32,000 bases of DNA from Xylanibacter ruminicola 23 (GCF_000025925.1 NC_014033.1:930001-962000), one strand, 5' to 3'; positions 1 through 10,168 are shown, numbered from the stretch's first letter. The notes: generated from the sequence alone by a model not told the origin. Made by a program: numbers and translations.

Positions 1-161
1 TCGAGATTGAGTCGGAAGCTCACTACCCAATTCTCCATCCCAAGTTGAGTCGCGACCTTGCCTTCCACTTTGCAGTAGGTATGCCATTCTAATTACTGTT
101 AAAAAAGTAAAATAGTACGGCATCTCTAAATTTTAAATTCTCATTTCTCGATTATTTGTGC

Positions 162-169
162 TACCTTTG
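162..169 (+). promoter_or_regulatory. Bacteroidetes-type -7 promoter box (TACCTTTG)
   Basis: Exact TAnnTTTG match 19 nt upstream of the ATG at 189. It lies downstream of the track's 156 start, which argues for the 189 start. Confidence 0.55.
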
Positions 170-188
170 CACGAAAATTATATTTGAG

Positions 189-1001
189 ATGTTGAAGTTT
201 ATATCCTTTGGAAGCGGTAGCAGCGGTAATTGCTATTATCTGGGCACAGCGACCGACGGGCTGATTATAGATATTGGTATAGGAATACGCACACTGAAGA
301 AGTATTGTAGAGAGTATGGTATTCAGCTTAATTCCGTGAAGCGTATCTTGATAACGCACGATCATGCCGACCACATTAAAAGTGTGGGTGCCCTGAGTCA
401 CGACTGCAACCTGCCTGTTTATGCCACACATAAAGTACACCAGGGCATAGACCAGAATTATTGTGTAACGAAGAAAGTATCGCAAGATCATAAACACGAG
501 TTGGTAATTGGCGAGCAAGTACAGCTTGGCGACTTTAAGGTGCGCCCTTTTGCTGTGCCTCACGATGCCAGCGAGAATGTGGGCTACGAGCTGGAGGTTG
601 AAGGTATTGTGTTTGTGGTGCTTACCGATGTGGGTAGCATTACCGACGATATCAAGCAGGCCATTAATCGTGCCAACTACCTGGTGATCGAGGCCAACCA
701 CGATGTGGAGATGCTGAAGAATGGTCCTTATCCCGCTTATCTGCAGCAGCGCATTCTGAGTGGTAGCGGACACCTGTCGAACGTATCGTGTGGTGAGGCG
801 CTGGTTGAGAATATGAGCGAGGGCCTGAAGCACGTTTGGCTGTGCCACCTGAGCGAGGAGAACAATCATCCTGAGTTGGCACGTAAGACGGTAGAGACCA
901 TCCTGCGCAGTCATGGTGTGATTCCTGGCAAGGATGTGGAGCTGGAAGTGCTGAAGCGCAAGACACCAACAGGAGTCTACGAGATTAAAGATAAACATTA
1001 A
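189..1001 (+). CDS. MBL-fold metallo-hydrolase
   Basis: Contains the HDHADH metal-binding motif (ITHDHADHI) and an N-terminal FGSGSSGN motif. The ORF is long and codon-biased. Start trimmed from 156 to the ATG at 189 (MLKFISFGSGSSGN). Confidence 0.85.
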   Translation: MLKFISFGSGSSGNCYYLGTATDGLIIDIGIGIRTLKKYCREYGIQLNSVKRILITHDHADHIKSVGALSHDCNLPVYATHKVHQGIDQNYCVTKKVSQDHKHELVIGEQVQLGDFKVRPFAVPHDASENVGYELEVEGIVFVVLTDVGSITDDIKQAINRANYLVIEANHDVEMLKNGPYPAYLQQRILSGSGHLSNVSCGEALVENMSEGLKHVWLCHLSEENNHPELARKTVETILRSHGVIPGKDVELEVLKRKTPTGVYEIKDKH

Positions 1002-1013
1002 ACATTAACGTTT

Positions 1014-1517
1014 ATGGTGGAGGTAATTGTAAAAGACGAGGATTTGCAGCAGGCTGCACTCGAGGGAATGGATGAGTTCCTGGATGTGTTTGTAAAGGCT
1101 ATCTACGATGCTATCGGTGGCGAACTGACTGCCGAGAGCATGGCCAAGTTGAATGCCGACCAGCTGACATTGCTGGCCTGGAACATTCTGCACGAAGAGG
1201 TGATGGATGGCGGATTTGTACAGCTGATTTACAACGGCTACGGTCCCTTCATCTTTAAGAATCCCCTGGCCAAAGCACTGCGCCAGTGGGATATGCGTGC
1301 CCCCTCAAAGTTGATTTACGATGCCCACACCCTGTGGCTGAAATATCGCGAAGAGATTGAAACCGAGAAGAGCGACGAGGATTTCATGGCTATGTTCGAG
1401 CAGTATCCGGAGTTCGAGAATCTGGATGATATCTTTATCGAGAACGAGGAAGAGTGGACCGAGGATATCGCCCATTATGTGGACGATCACCTGGACAACT
1501 TCGCGAAGATCATTTAA
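1014..1517 (+). CDS. DUF4375 / DMP19-like domain protein (hypothetical)
   Basis: 167-aa acidic ORF with local codon bias. The DGGFVQLIYNGYG segment resembles the NGGF core I recall for DUF4375 (DMP19 C-terminal domain). Family assignment is unverified. Confidence 0.65.
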   Translation: MVEVIVKDEDLQQAALEGMDEFLDVFVKAIYDAIGGELTAESMAKLNADQLTLLAWNILHEEVMDGGFVQLIYNGYGPFIFKNPLAKALRQWDMRAPSKLIYDAHTLWLKYREEIETEKSDEDFMAMFEQYPEFENLDDIFIENEEEWTEDIAHYVDDHLDNFAKII

Positions 1518-1526
1518 TAGTAAGAG

Positions 1527-2009
1527 ATGAACAAGACAGAAGAACAGTTACGCAAAAAGAGTCCTGTACAGATTCGCAACAAGAAGGCCTCGTTCGAGTA
1601 CTTCTTTGTTGAAACCTATACTGCAGGCATCGTGCTTACCGGTACGGAGATTAAGAGCATCCGACTGGGTAAGGCGAGCTTGGTGGATACCTATTGCGTG
1701 GTGCTTAACGGCGAACTGTGGGTGAAGGGCATGAACGTAAGTCCTTACTTCTACGGTTCGTACAACAACCACGAAGCCAAACGCGACAGAAAGCTGTTGC
1801 TAACCAAGAAAGAAATACGCGCCCTTGAGAGTGCCACCAAACAAACGGGGTTTACCATCGTGCCCACCTTGGTGTTTATCGATGACAAAGGCCGGGCCAA
1901 GGTAGATGTGGCGCTGTGTAAGGGTAAGAAGGAATTCGACAAGCGCCAGACGCTGAAGGAAAAGGAGGATCGCCGTGAGATGGACCGTGCGATGAAAGTC
2001 TGGAAATGA
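1527..2009 (+). CDS. smpB: SsrA-binding protein SmpB
   Basis: 160 aa. Contains [12 protein letters not shown]...[13 protein letters not shown]...LLLTKKEI, the typical SmpB sequence and length. Confidence 0.95.
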   Translation: MNKTEEQLRKKSPVQIRNKKASFEYFFVETYTAGIVLTGTEIKSIRLGKASLVDTYCVVLNGELWVKGMNVSPYFYGSYNNHEAKRDRKLLLTKKEIRALESATKQTGFTIVPTLVFIDDKGRAKVDVALCKGKKEFDKRQTLKEKEDRREMDRAMKVWK

Positions 2010-2036
2010 TCGAAGATTAAACATTAAACATTAAGG

Positions 2037-4745
2037 GTGAAGAAACTAAACGAGATCATAAAACAGCGTATTCTCATACTCGATGGCGGTATGGGAACCA
2101 TGATAGGTGCCGTGATGGGTAAGGTGGGTAACAGCGACGAGCTGAACCTGACACACCCCGAGATAGTTTCGGATATTTATCGCAAATACCTCGAAGCCGG
2201 TGCCGATATCATCACCACCAACACGTTCAGCAGTCAGCGCATTTCGCAGGCTGAATATCATCTTGAAGACCGTGCGCATGAGATGGCCTGCGAGTCGGCA
2301 CGCTTAGCCCGACAGTTGGCCAATGAGTATAGTACCGACGACAAACCCCGCTTTGTGGCAGGCTCGATCGGTCCTACCAACAAAACCCTTTCGATGTCGC
2401 CCGATGTAAGCAATCCAGCTTTCCGCGATGTGACTTACGACGAGATGCTGGAGGCTTATCAGGAACAGGCCGACGGACTGATTGAGGGTGGGGTAGATAC
2501 GCTGCTGATAGAGACCATTTTCGACTCGCTGAATGCCAAATGTGCCATCGATGCCTGTATGCGCGCGATGGAAGCACGCGGGGTAGAATTGCCCATTATG
2601 GTGTCGGTAACGGTGAGCGATCTGGCTGGTCGTACGTTATCGGGTCAGACGCTTGAGGCGTTCCTGGCCAGCGTCAGCACTTATCCTATTTTCTCTATCG
2701 GACTGAACTGCTCGTTTGGTGCCACGCAGATGAAACCTTTTATCCGCGAGTTGGCCCAGAAAGCACCTTATTATATCAGCTGTCACCCCAATGCCGGATT
2801 GCCCAACGCCCTTGGACTTTACGATGAGACCGCAGAGAGTATGGCTCCCAAGATGGGCGAGTTGGTGGATGAGGGCATCGTAAATATCATCGGTGGCTGC
2901 TGCGGTACTACCGATGAGTTTATCCGTTTATACGGTCCGCTGGTGGTTGGCAAGAAACCCCATGTGCCCGCTCCTAAGCCACACTCAATGTGGCTTTCTG
3001 GACTAGAACTACTAGAAGTTCTAGAAAATCTAGAAGCTAGATTTACCAATGTGGGTGAGCGATGCAATGTGGCGGGTTCGCGAAAGTTCCTGCGACTGAT
3101 TAAGGAAAAGAAATACAACGAGGCTATCTCTATCGCCCGCAAACAGGTGGCCGATGGAGCCTTGGTAATTGATATCAATATGGACGATGGCTTGCTGGAT
3201 GCCAAGCAGGAGATGACAACCTTCCTGAATATGATTGCAGCCGAGCCTGATATCGCTAAAGTGCCCGTGATGATCGACTCGTCGAACTGGGAGGTGATCA
3301 AAGCCGGACTGAAGTGCGTGCAGGGCAAGAGCATCGTCAACTCAATCTCGCTCAAAGAGGGCGAGCAGAAGTTTATCGAGCACGCTCAGGATGTGATGCG
3401 TTATGGTGCTGCTGTGGTGGTGATGTGTTTCGACGAAGAGGGACAGGCCACTACCTACGAGCGTCGTATCGAGATAGCCTCACGTGCCTATAAGATTCTT
3501 ACCGAGCAGGTGGGTATGAACCCGCTCGACATCATCTTCGACCCCAATATCCTGGCCATTGCTACGGGTATGGAGGAGCATGATGCCTATGCTATCGACT
3601 TTATCCGCGCTACCGAATGGATTAAGCAGAATCTGCCCGGTGCACACGTCAGCGGTGGTGTGAGTAACCTGAGTTTTTCGTTCCGCGGTAACAACTATAT
3701 CCGCGAGGCCATGCATGCCGTATTCCTGTATCACGCCATTCAAGTAGGAATGGATTTTGGTATCGTAAATCCTTCAACCAAAGTTACTTATGCTGATATT
3801 CCTCAGGATCAGCTTGAAGTAATCGAGGATGTGGTGCTGAACCGCAAGAAGGGTGCATCGGAGGTTCTGATTGAGTTGGCCGGTAAGATACTCGAGGAAG
3901 AATTAGCCAAGAAAGAAGCGGGTGGCGCCACGAGCGAAAACACCCCTTTTCAGGACCGCGCCCAGACGCCAGTTGAAGAGCGATTAGCCCAGGCGTTGAT
4001 TAAGGGCGACGGCACATTCTTGGAGGAAGATTTGAAAGAGGCCCTGCCTAAGTTTACCCATGCGGTACAGATTATCGAGGGGCCGCTGATGGCAGGTATG
4101 AATACCGTAGGTACGCTGTTTGGTGAAGGAAAAATGTTCCTGCCGCAGGTGGTGAAAACAGCCCGCACCATGAAGCAGGCCGTTGATATCCTGCAGCCCT
4201 ACATCGAAGCTGAGAAAAACGAGAGCACCACTTCGGCAGGTAAAGTGCTGTTGGCTACCGTTAAGGGCGACGTGCACGATATCGGTAAGAACATTGTGAA
4301 TGTGGTGATGGCCTGCAACGGCTACGAGGTATTGGATATGGGTGTGATGGTGCCTGCCGAGCAGATTGTGAAAAAGGCTCAGGAGGAGCACGTGGATATG
4401 ATTGGTTTGAGCGGCTTGATAACCCCCAGCTTAGAGGAGATGGTGAACGTGGCCGAAGAGCTGAAGAAAGCTGGTTTGGATATCCCCATTATGATTGGTG
4501 GCGCTACCACCAGCGAGCTGCATGTCGCTTTAAAAATTGCCCCCGTTTATGGCGGTCCGGTAGTATGGATGAAGGATGCCTCGCAGAATGCACTGGTTGC
4601 CCAGAAGCTGTTGACCGACAAGCAGGCGGTGGAGCATGAACTCGACCAGAAGTACGAAACCCTGCGCGAGGAATATCACCAGGAGCAGGCTCAGATTGTG
4701 TCACTCGAAGAAGCAAGAAAGAACAAATACAAATATGAAGAATAA
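2037..4745 (+). CDS. metH: Methionine synthase, cobalamin-dependent, short form without the AdoMet reactivation domain
   Basis: Has an Hcy-binding N-terminus ([15 protein letters not shown]), a pterin-binding segment ([14 protein letters not shown]) and the B12-binding DxHxxG motif (GDVHDIGKN). GTG start at 2037. The protein ends about 155 aa after the B12 motif. Confidence 0.93.
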   Translation: MKKLNEIIKQRILILDGGMGTMIGAVMGKVGNSDELNLTHPEIVSDIYRKYLEAGADIITTNTFSSQRISQAEYHLEDRAHEMACESARLARQLANEYSTDDKPRFVAGSIGPTNKTLSMSPDVSNPAFRDVTYDEMLEAYQEQADGLIEGGVDTLLIETIFDSLNAKCAIDACMRAMEARGVELPIMVSVTVSDLAGRTLSGQTLEAFLASVSTYPIFSIGLNCSFGATQMKPFIRELAQKAPYYISCHPNAGLPNALGLYDETAESMAPKMGELVDEGIVNIIGGCCGTTDEFIRLYGPLVVGKKPHVPAPKPHSMWLSGLELLEVLENLEARFTNVGERCNVAGSRKFLRLIKEKKYNEAISIARKQVADGALVIDINMDDGLLDAKQEMTTFLNMIAAEPDIAKVPVMIDSSNWEVIKAGLKCVQGKSIVNSISLKEGEQKFIEHAQDVMRYGAAVVVMCFDEEGQATTYERRIEIASRAYKILTEQVGMNPLDIIFDPNILAIATGMEEHDAYAIDFIRATEWIKQNLPGAHVSGGVSNLSFSFRGNNYIREAMHAVFLYHAIQVGMDFGIVNPSTKVTYADIPQDQLEVIEDVVLNRKKGASEVLIELAGKILEEELAKKEAGGATSENTPFQDRAQTPVEERLAQALIKGDGTFLEEDLKEALPKFTHAVQIIEGPLMAGMNTVGTLFGEGKMFLPQVVKTARTMKQAVDILQPYIEAEKNESTTSAGKVLLATVKGDVHDIGKNIVNVVMACNGYEVLDMGVMVPAEQIVKKAQEEHVDMIGLSGLITPSLEEMVNVAEELKKAGLDIPIMIGGATTSELHVALKIAPVYGGPVVWMKDASQNALVAQKLLTDKQAVEHELDQKYETLREEYHQEQAQIVSLEEARKNKYKYEE

Positions 4746-6219
4746 ATACCTATTGATGGCTCTCGCCCTGATGCTGGCGATGACAACTTGGGCTCAGAAG
4801 CGCGAAATGCGCGGAGCCTGGATACAGTGTGTAAACGGACAGTTCCAGAATCTTGGTACCAAGAAGATGCAGCAAACGCTTACCTATCAGCTGGACGAGT
4901 TGAAGAAGGATGGCGTAAACGTGATTATCTTCCAGGTGCGCCCCGAGTGCGATGCGCTCTACGAGAGTAAGATTGAGCCTTGGAGCCGATTCCTGACCGG
5001 CACACAGGGTAAGGCCCCCAATCCTTATTGGGACCCCCTGCAGTGGATGATCGACGAGTGCCACAAGCGCGGTATGGAGTTGCACGCATGGATTAACCCC
5101 TTCCGTGCAAAGACCAAGACCACCCATCAGTTGGCCAATAACCATATTGCCGTTCGCAAGCCCTATAGCTGTTTTGCTTACGACGATTTGTTTATCCTGA
5201 ATCCTGGTATGCAGGAAAACCGCGATTATATCTGTATGGTTGCCAAGGATATCGTAGCCCGTTACGATGTGGATGGTATCCATATGGACGATTATTTCTA
5301 TCCTTACCCCGTGAAGGGACTGAGCATTCCCGACGATGAGCTGTTCCACGATCACTCTAATGGTATCAAGGACCAGAACGACTGGCGCCGTTATAACGTA
5401 AACCTGTTTATCGAGCAGTTCTATCAGGCCATCCACGAGGTTAAGCCATGGGTAAAGGTGGGCATCTCGCCATTCGGTATCTATCGTAACAAAAAGAGCT
5501 CGCCTGTTGGCAGTAACACCAACGGCACCCAGAATTACGATGATTTGTATGCCGACATTCTGTTGTGGGTAAACAATGGTTGGTTGGATTATTGCGTGCC
5601 CCAGTTGTACTGGGAGATTGGCAATAAGGCTGCCGATTATGCAACCCTGATTAAGTGGTGGAATCAGCATGCCGCCAACCGACCGCTGGTGATTGGTGAG
5701 GATGTTGAGCGCACCGTGAAATATCCCGATTTGCAGAACCCCAACAAGCACCAGATGGATGCCAAGATGAATCTGCACCGTGCTAACCCAGCTGTGAAGG
5801 GTACCGTACTGTGGTATGCCAAGGCTGCTGTTGATAATGTAGGTAATTACGGCACCTTGCTGCGCACCAAGTACTGGCAGAATCCTGCCTTGCAGCCCGA
5901 GATGCCTTTCCTTAGCGATAAGGCTCCTAAGAAGGTAAAGAAGCTGGCACCCGTTTGGACCGAGGATGGTTACATCCTGTTCTGGACGCCCACCCACAGC
6001 AAGCACTGGGATCAGCACCCCAACAAGTTTGTGGTGTATCGTTTTGCCAAGGGCGAGAAGGTGAATGTAAATGATGCCTCGAAGATTGTGGCCATCACCG
6101 ATAATCCCTTCTACAAGCTGCCTTACGATGAGGGTAAGGAGAAGTTTACTTACGTGGTAACTGCTCTGAACCGTATTCAGAACGAGAGCAAACCTGCTTC
6201 GAAGAAGATAAAATTATAA
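4735..6219 (+). CDS. Secreted glycoside-hydrolase-like family 10 (DUF187/YngK-like) protein
   Basis: Start trimmed to the ATG at 4735, giving the signal peptide [21 protein letters not shown]. The REMRGAWI and HAWINPF segments resemble the GHL10 family from memory. Overlaps the metH 3' end by 11 nt. Confidence 0.75.
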   Translation: MKNKYLLMALALMLAMTTWAQKREMRGAWIQCVNGQFQNLGTKKMQQTLTYQLDELKKDGVNVIIFQVRPECDALYESKIEPWSRFLTGTQGKAPNPYWDPLQWMIDECHKRGMELHAWINPFRAKTKTTHQLANNHIAVRKPYSCFAYDDLFILNPGMQENRDYICMVAKDIVARYDVDGIHMDDYFYPYPVKGLSIPDDELFHDHSNGIKDQNDWRRYNVNLFIEQFYQAIHEVKPWVKVGISPFGIYRNKKSSPVGSNTNGTQNYDDLYADILLWVNNGWLDYCVPQLYWEIGNKAADYATLIKWWNQHAANRPLVIGEDVERTVKYPDLQNPNKHQMDAKMNLHRANPAVKGTVLWYAKAAVDNVGNYGTLLRTKYWQNPALQPEMPFLSDKAPKKVKKLAPVWTEDGYILFWTPTHSKHWDQHPNKFVVYRFAKGEKVNVNDASKIVAITDNPFYKLPYDEGKEKFTYVVTALNRIQNESKPASKKIKL

Positions 6220-6224
6220 GAACA

Positions 6225-6860
6225 ATGAAAGGGTTGATAGGAGGAATTTTTGCTGTGATGCTGATGGCTGCCTGTGGCGGCAGGAGCATGAGTGCTGAGG
6301 AGATGCAGCACAAGTTAGACAGTATTCAGAAGATAGAAGCTGCCGAGCGATTGGCGGCTCAGGGTATCAACTTGGCTGATGCCGATAACCCGCTGAAGCA
6401 GTTCTACGACAGCTTGAACCTCCTGCCATTACCCATTACCTATAGCGATGAGCTGGTGCGTTACCTGCCCGATTTCAAACCCGTGCCTCAGGATATTGCC
6501 AAGGCATTGGAGCTGGAGGGTAACAACAAGCAGAAAGCCATCTCGCTATCCGAGTCATTAGGTGCACGCCTGATGATTCTGGCTGCCGATGAGGAAGACG
6601 ACAGATACTCTTTGTGGCTGTATTCTTTAGACAACGATTATATGCCTGTAGATAAACTCTGTTTGTACGCGATTGATGAGGAGGCCGATCTCGACGATTT
6701 CGGTGCCGAAGACATCCTGCAGTACTTCACCATCACGAGTGATTACGAAATTCATTTGATGGACTACTCGAAGGATGCCCACAAAACACGCACAGAGGAA
6801 GTGTTTACGCTAGATGCCCAGCGTAATTTCCAGTTGCAAAAAAGTGAGGAGTTAGATTAG
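6225..6860 (+). CDS. Hypothetical lipoprotein
   Basis: Lipobox-like N-terminus (MKGLIGGIFAVMLMAACGG). Acidic 211-aa ORF with local codon bias. No family recognised. Confidence 0.7.
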   Translation: MKGLIGGIFAVMLMAACGGRSMSAEEMQHKLDSIQKIEAAERLAAQGINLADADNPLKQFYDSLNLLPLPITYSDELVRYLPDFKPVPQDIAKALELEGNNKQKAISLSESLGARLMILAADEEDDRYSLWLYSLDNDYMPVDKLCLYAIDEEADLDDFGAEDILQYFTITSDYEIHLMDYSKDAHKTRTEEVFTLDAQRNFQLQKSEELD

Positions 6861-7297
6861 TCGGCCAGCAGCTGCTTCAGGAACGCATCCAGATCTTCGT
6901 CCAAACCCTTCATCAGTTCGGGATCGAAAATCACGGTCTCGTCGTCAACCAGATACAACTCGGCTACCGACTCCTTGTCTTCATTCTCCAGTACAAACGA
7001 GAATGGTTTCAGAATCGACATATTCTCGATGGTATCCTTCATCTTATCCAGACACTTGCGGAACACGGCAGGTATCTCTTCAAAGAAATTGTCGGATGTA
7101 TCGCCAATCCAGTCTTCGATGATGCAACGGTTAATCTCTTCGTCGTTATCGTCGAACGCCATCAGCTCGCCGGTATCCTGCGTTACGCGGAAGTGGATAT
7201 CGGTCATTACATTAGCCTCCTGTGTAGGAGGAAACTTGTCGGCTATCTTACGGATAGCACGCTCAATCTGCTGCTGAGCTAGTTCGGTTGCTTTCAT
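6857..7297 (-). CDS. Hypothetical acidic protein
   Basis: 146-aa ORF with local codon bias and its own -7 box upstream. Its stop codon overlaps the stop of the convergent lipoprotein gene. No family recognised. Confidence 0.7.
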   Translation of the reverse strand: MKATELAQQQIERAIRKIADKFPPTQEANVMTDIHFRVTQDTGELMAFDDNDEEINRCIIEDWIGDTSDNFFEEIPAVFRKCLDKMKDTIENMSILKPFSFVLENEDKESVAELYLVDDETVIFDPELMKGLDEDLDAFLKQLLAD

Positions 7298-7322
7298 CTT
7301 TCTTTTTGTATTAATTCTGCGA

Positions 7323-7330
7323 CAAAAGTA
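7323..7330 (-). promoter_or_regulatory. -7 promoter box (TACTTTTG on the minus strand)
   Basis: TAnnTTTG match 25 nt upstream of the minus-strand ATG at 7297. Confidence 0.5.
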
Positions 7331-7415
7331 TAAAAAAACTTTTGTAATTGCAAACGATTACGATTATTTTTGCTAAAAAACCGCATTTTCGCTTGTTTTA
7401 TTCAGCAGATTGTCG

Positions 7416-7423
7416 TACCTTTG
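7416..7423 (+). promoter_or_regulatory. -7 promoter box (TACCTTTG) for the rseC-rnf operon
   Basis: Exact TAnnTTTG match 28 nt upstream of the ATG at 7452. Confidence 0.6.
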
Positions 7424-7451
7424 CAAAATGTAATGTCTACTTAGCAAATTA

Positions 7452-7865
7452 ATGAGTAATAAGATAACACATTCGGGAACCGTTAAAAGTATTATGGATG
7501 GATGCATCAAGGTGCAGATTGTCCAGACCTCGGCGTGTGCTGCCTGTAAGGTAGCTTCGCACTGTAACGCTGCCGAATCGAAAATAAAGATTGTGGATGT
7601 GTTTACCACCGATACCGCAAGCTACCAAGTAGGGCAGGAGGTTACCGTGTGGGCATCGAATGATGTGGCCAACCGCGCCCTGCTGTTGGGCTTTGGCGCA
7701 CCTTTCTTATTATTAATATGTGTACTGATGATAGCCCTGAAGCTTACAAGCGATGAGGGGCTTGCTGCGTTGGTGGCTTTAGCGTCGTTGGTACCTTACT
7801 ATCTGGCGCTGTGGGCGATGAAGAACCGCATCCAGCAGCAGATAGCCTTCAATATCGAGAAATAA
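7452..7865 (+). CDS. RseC/MucC-family protein (SoxR-reducing system component), first gene of the rnf operon
   Basis: Cys-rich N-terminal domain (SACAACKVASHCNAAES) followed by two TM helices. Sits directly upstream of rnfB, as is usual in Bacteroidales. Confidence 0.8.
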   Translation: MSNKITHSGTVKSIMDGCIKVQIVQTSACAACKVASHCNAAESKIKIVDVFTTDTASYQVGQEVTVWASNDVANRALLLGFGAPFLLLICVLMIALKLTSDEGLAALVALASLVPYYLALWAMKNRIQQQIAFNIEK

Positions 7866-7890
7866 TTATAGTAACTAAAACAAATAGATT

Positions 7891-8772
7891 ATGAATTTCA
7901 TCTTGATTGCAGTAATTGTACTTGGAGCTATCGCCTTGATAGCTGCTATTGTGCTTTTTGCAGCCTCCAAGAAGTTCGCTGTCTATGAGGATCCCCGTAT
8001 TGCGCAGGTGGGCGAGTTGTTGCCCGGAGCCAATTGCGGTGGATGCGGATTCCCTGGTTGTAGCGGTATGGCCGATGCCCTTGTGAAGGGTGCCGATGCC
8101 GGAAGCCTCGACGGACTGATGTGTCCTGTTGGTGGCGCTGAGACCATGGGAAAGGTAGCCGACTTGTTGGGGATGGCCATCGCCAATTCCGAGCCGATGG
8201 TTGCCGTAGTGCGTTGTAACGGTACTTGCGAGCATCGTGCCAAGATTGCCGAGTATTCGGGTTTGCGTACCTGTGCCGCTATGCATGCTTGTGGTGCAGG
8301 CGAAACAGCTTGCGGTTTTGGCTGTCTGGGTTGTGGCGATTGTGTGGCTGCCTGCCAGTTTGGCGCTATCAGTCTGAATCCTGAGACAGGAATCCCCGAG
8401 GTCGACGACGAGAAGTGTACCTCGTGTGGTGCTTGTGTAAAGGCTTGTCCGCGTAACATCATCGAGCTGCGCAAAAAAGGTCCAAAGAACCGTCGCGTGT
8501 TCGTTTCGTGTGTGAACAAGGACAAGGGCCCTGTTGCCATGAAGGCTTGTGCCGTTAGCTGTATTGGTTGCGGCAAGTGCGAGAAGGAGTGTAACTTTGG
8601 TGCTATCACCGTCGAGAACAATCTGGCTTACATCGACCACACCAAGTGCCGTTTGTGCCGCAAGTGTGTCACCGTTTGTCCTAAGCATGCTATCGTGGAT
8701 GTTAACTTCCCAACGCCTGCACCTGCACCAAAGCCCAAAGAACCTAAAAAAGAAGAGGAGGCAAAAGCATGA
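7891..8772 (+). CDS. rnfB: Rnf electron transport complex subunit B
   Basis: N-terminal TM helix and a CGGCGFPGC motif. Multiple CxxCxxCxxxCP ferredoxin motifs (CTSCGACVKACP, CIGCGKCEKEC, CRLCRKCVTVCP). Confidence 0.92.
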   Translation: MNFILIAVIVLGAIALIAAIVLFAASKKFAVYEDPRIAQVGELLPGANCGGCGFPGCSGMADALVKGADAGSLDGLMCPVGGAETMGKVADLLGMAIANSEPMVAVVRCNGTCEHRAKIAEYSGLRTCAAMHACGAGETACGFGCLGCGDCVAACQFGAISLNPETGIPEVDDEKCTSCGACVKACPRNIIELRKKGPKNRRVFVSCVNKDKGPVAMKACAVSCIGCGKCEKECNFGAITVENNLAYIDHTKCRLCRKCVTVCPKHAIVDVNFPTPAPAPKPKEPKKEEEAKA

Positions 8773-10139
8773 AGATAAAAACATTTAGTATGGGTGGTAT
8801 CCACCCTGCAGAGAATAAGCTTACCCACGAGGTGGCCACCAAGGTAGCAGCACTGCCTAAGCAGGCCATTTTCCCATTGGGGCAGCATATCGGTGCGCCT
8901 GCCAAACCCGTGGTCCAGAAGGGCGACAAGGTAAAGGTAGGAACCATGATTGCCGAAGCTGGCGGTTTTGTGTCGGCACCTATTTTCTCGTCGGTCAGCG
9001 GTACCGTATTCAAGATTGATACGGCTATCGATGCTACCGGTTATCGCAAGCCCGTGATTATCATCAATGTCGAGGGCGATGAGTGGGAAGAGAGTATCGA
9101 CCGTTCAGATAAACTTGAACTGGTGGCTGCTCATCCCGAGCTCACTCCCGAGGAGATTGTAAAGCGTGTACAGAACGCCGGTGTAGTAGGTATGGGTGGT
9201 GCTTGTTTCCCCACCTTTATCAAGTTGACACCTCCACCAACAGCTAAGGCCGAGTGCGTGATTATCAACGCTGTAGAGTGCGAGCCTTACATCACAGCCG
9301 ACTATCGCCTGATGATGGAGCATGCCGATGAGATCTTGGTTGGACTTGAGCTCCTGATGATGGGCGCCAAGGTAACCAAGGGTTATATCGGTATCGAGAC
9401 CAACAAGCCTGCTGCTATCGAACTGCTCACTGCAAAGTGCAATGAAAAGTTCAATGGCACCCAGTATCAGGTTGAGGTTGTGCCTTTGAAGCTGCGCTAC
9501 CCACAGGGTGGTGAGAAGCAGTTGGTTGATGCCGTGATTAATCGTCAGGTACCCGCACCTCCTGCCATCCCTGTAAATGTGGGTGCTATCGTGCAGAATG
9601 TGGGTACAGCCTTTGCCGTTTACGAGGCTGTGATGAAGAACAAACCCCTGTTTGAGCGTTATACTACTGTTACCGGTAAGAAACTGCAGAACCCAGGCAA
9701 CTTCCTGGTGCGTATGGGTACACCGATGAAGGATTTGATCGACGCTTGTGGCGGTATGCCCGAGGGCGATAACAAACTGCTGGCTGGCGGACCTATGATG
9801 GGTAAGGCCCTTACTTCGGTAGAGGTGCCCATCTGCAAGGGAACCAACTCGGTAACCATTATCTCTGATGATGAGGCTCGCCGTAAGGATGCCCAGCCTT
9901 GTATCCGTTGCGCCAAGTGCGTAGGTGTTTGTCCGATGGGCTTGGAGCCTTACCTGCTGGCAAAACTCTCAGAGGTAAAGAACTGGGAGCGTGCCGAGAG
10001 CGAGGATATCACCAGTTGTATCGAGTGCGGCTCGTGTCAGTACACTTGTCCGGCTTATCGTCCGCTGTTGGATAACATCCGCTTGGGTAAGAGCACGGTG
10101 ATGGGTATTATCCGTGCCCGTGCTGCTGCAAAAAAATAA
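8769..10139 (+). CDS. rnfC: Rnf electron transport complex subunit C
   Basis: GMGGACFPT motif and two 4Fe-4S motifs (CIRCAKCVGVCP, CIECGSCQYTCP). ATGA overlap with the rnfB stop. Confidence 0.93.
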   Translation: MKIKTFSMGGIHPAENKLTHEVATKVAALPKQAIFPLGQHIGAPAKPVVQKGDKVKVGTMIAEAGGFVSAPIFSSVSGTVFKIDTAIDATGYRKPVIIINVEGDEWEESIDRSDKLELVAAHPELTPEEIVKRVQNAGVVGMGGACFPTFIKLTPPPTAKAECVIINAVECEPYITADYRLMMEHADEILVGLELLMMGAKVTKGYIGIETNKPAAIELLTAKCNEKFNGTQYQVEVVPLKLRYPQGGEKQLVDAVINRQVPAPPAIPVNVGAIVQNVGTAFAVYEAVMKNKPLFERYTTVTGKKLQNPGNFLVRMGTPMKDLIDACGGMPEGDNKLLAGGPMMGKALTSVEVPICKGTNSVTIISDDEARRKDAQPCIRCAKCVGVCPMGLEPYLLAKLSEVKNWERAESEDITSCIECGSCQYTCPAYRPLLDNIRLGKSTVMGIIRARAAAKK

Positions 10140-10168
10140 AATGTTTAATCTTTAATGTTTAACGTTTA

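Noticed and set aside
1-89. Possible 5' end of a leftward (minus-strand) gene starting at the ATG at 89 (MAYLLQSGRQGRDSTWDGELGSELPTQS...).
   Set aside because: Only 29 codons are visible. Codon usage (CTA, AGG, CAA, GGA, AGT) differs from the local bias, no TAnnTTTG box precedes it, and I recognise no family. It could instead be a leader or non-coding RNA of an off-window gene, so I cannot support either call.
141-998. Long antisense ORFs opposite recognised genes. Examples: 141-998(-), 4750-6018(-), 7849-8784(-), 7983-8621(-), 13201-13890(-), 13863-14348(-), 14352-14933(-), 16069-16680(+), 17101-18027(+), 17246-18190(+), 19039-19503(-), 19642-20184(-), 23384-24067(+), 23460-23882(+), 25790-26281(+), 26490-27218(-), 27744-28286(-), 29246-30151(-), 30323-30952(-).
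   Set aside because: Each lies entirely opposite a gene with clear family motifs. Their products are low-complexity (Leu/Val/His/Gln/Arg-rich) with no recognisable motifs. Strong GC3 bias on the true strand suppresses stop codons on the opposite strand and produces such shadow ORFs.
4636-4734. N-terminal extensions offered by the ORF track: 156 for the MBL gene, 4636 for the GHL10-like gene, 13180 for the DUF2027-like gene, 26566 for the STAS-kinase gene and 31535 for the four-helix-bundle gene.
   Set aside because: The extensions overlap upstream genes, promoter boxes or terminators. They use non-ATG starts or add non-conserved junk residues. In each case an internal ATG gives a canonical N-terminus (a signal peptide or family-typical start).
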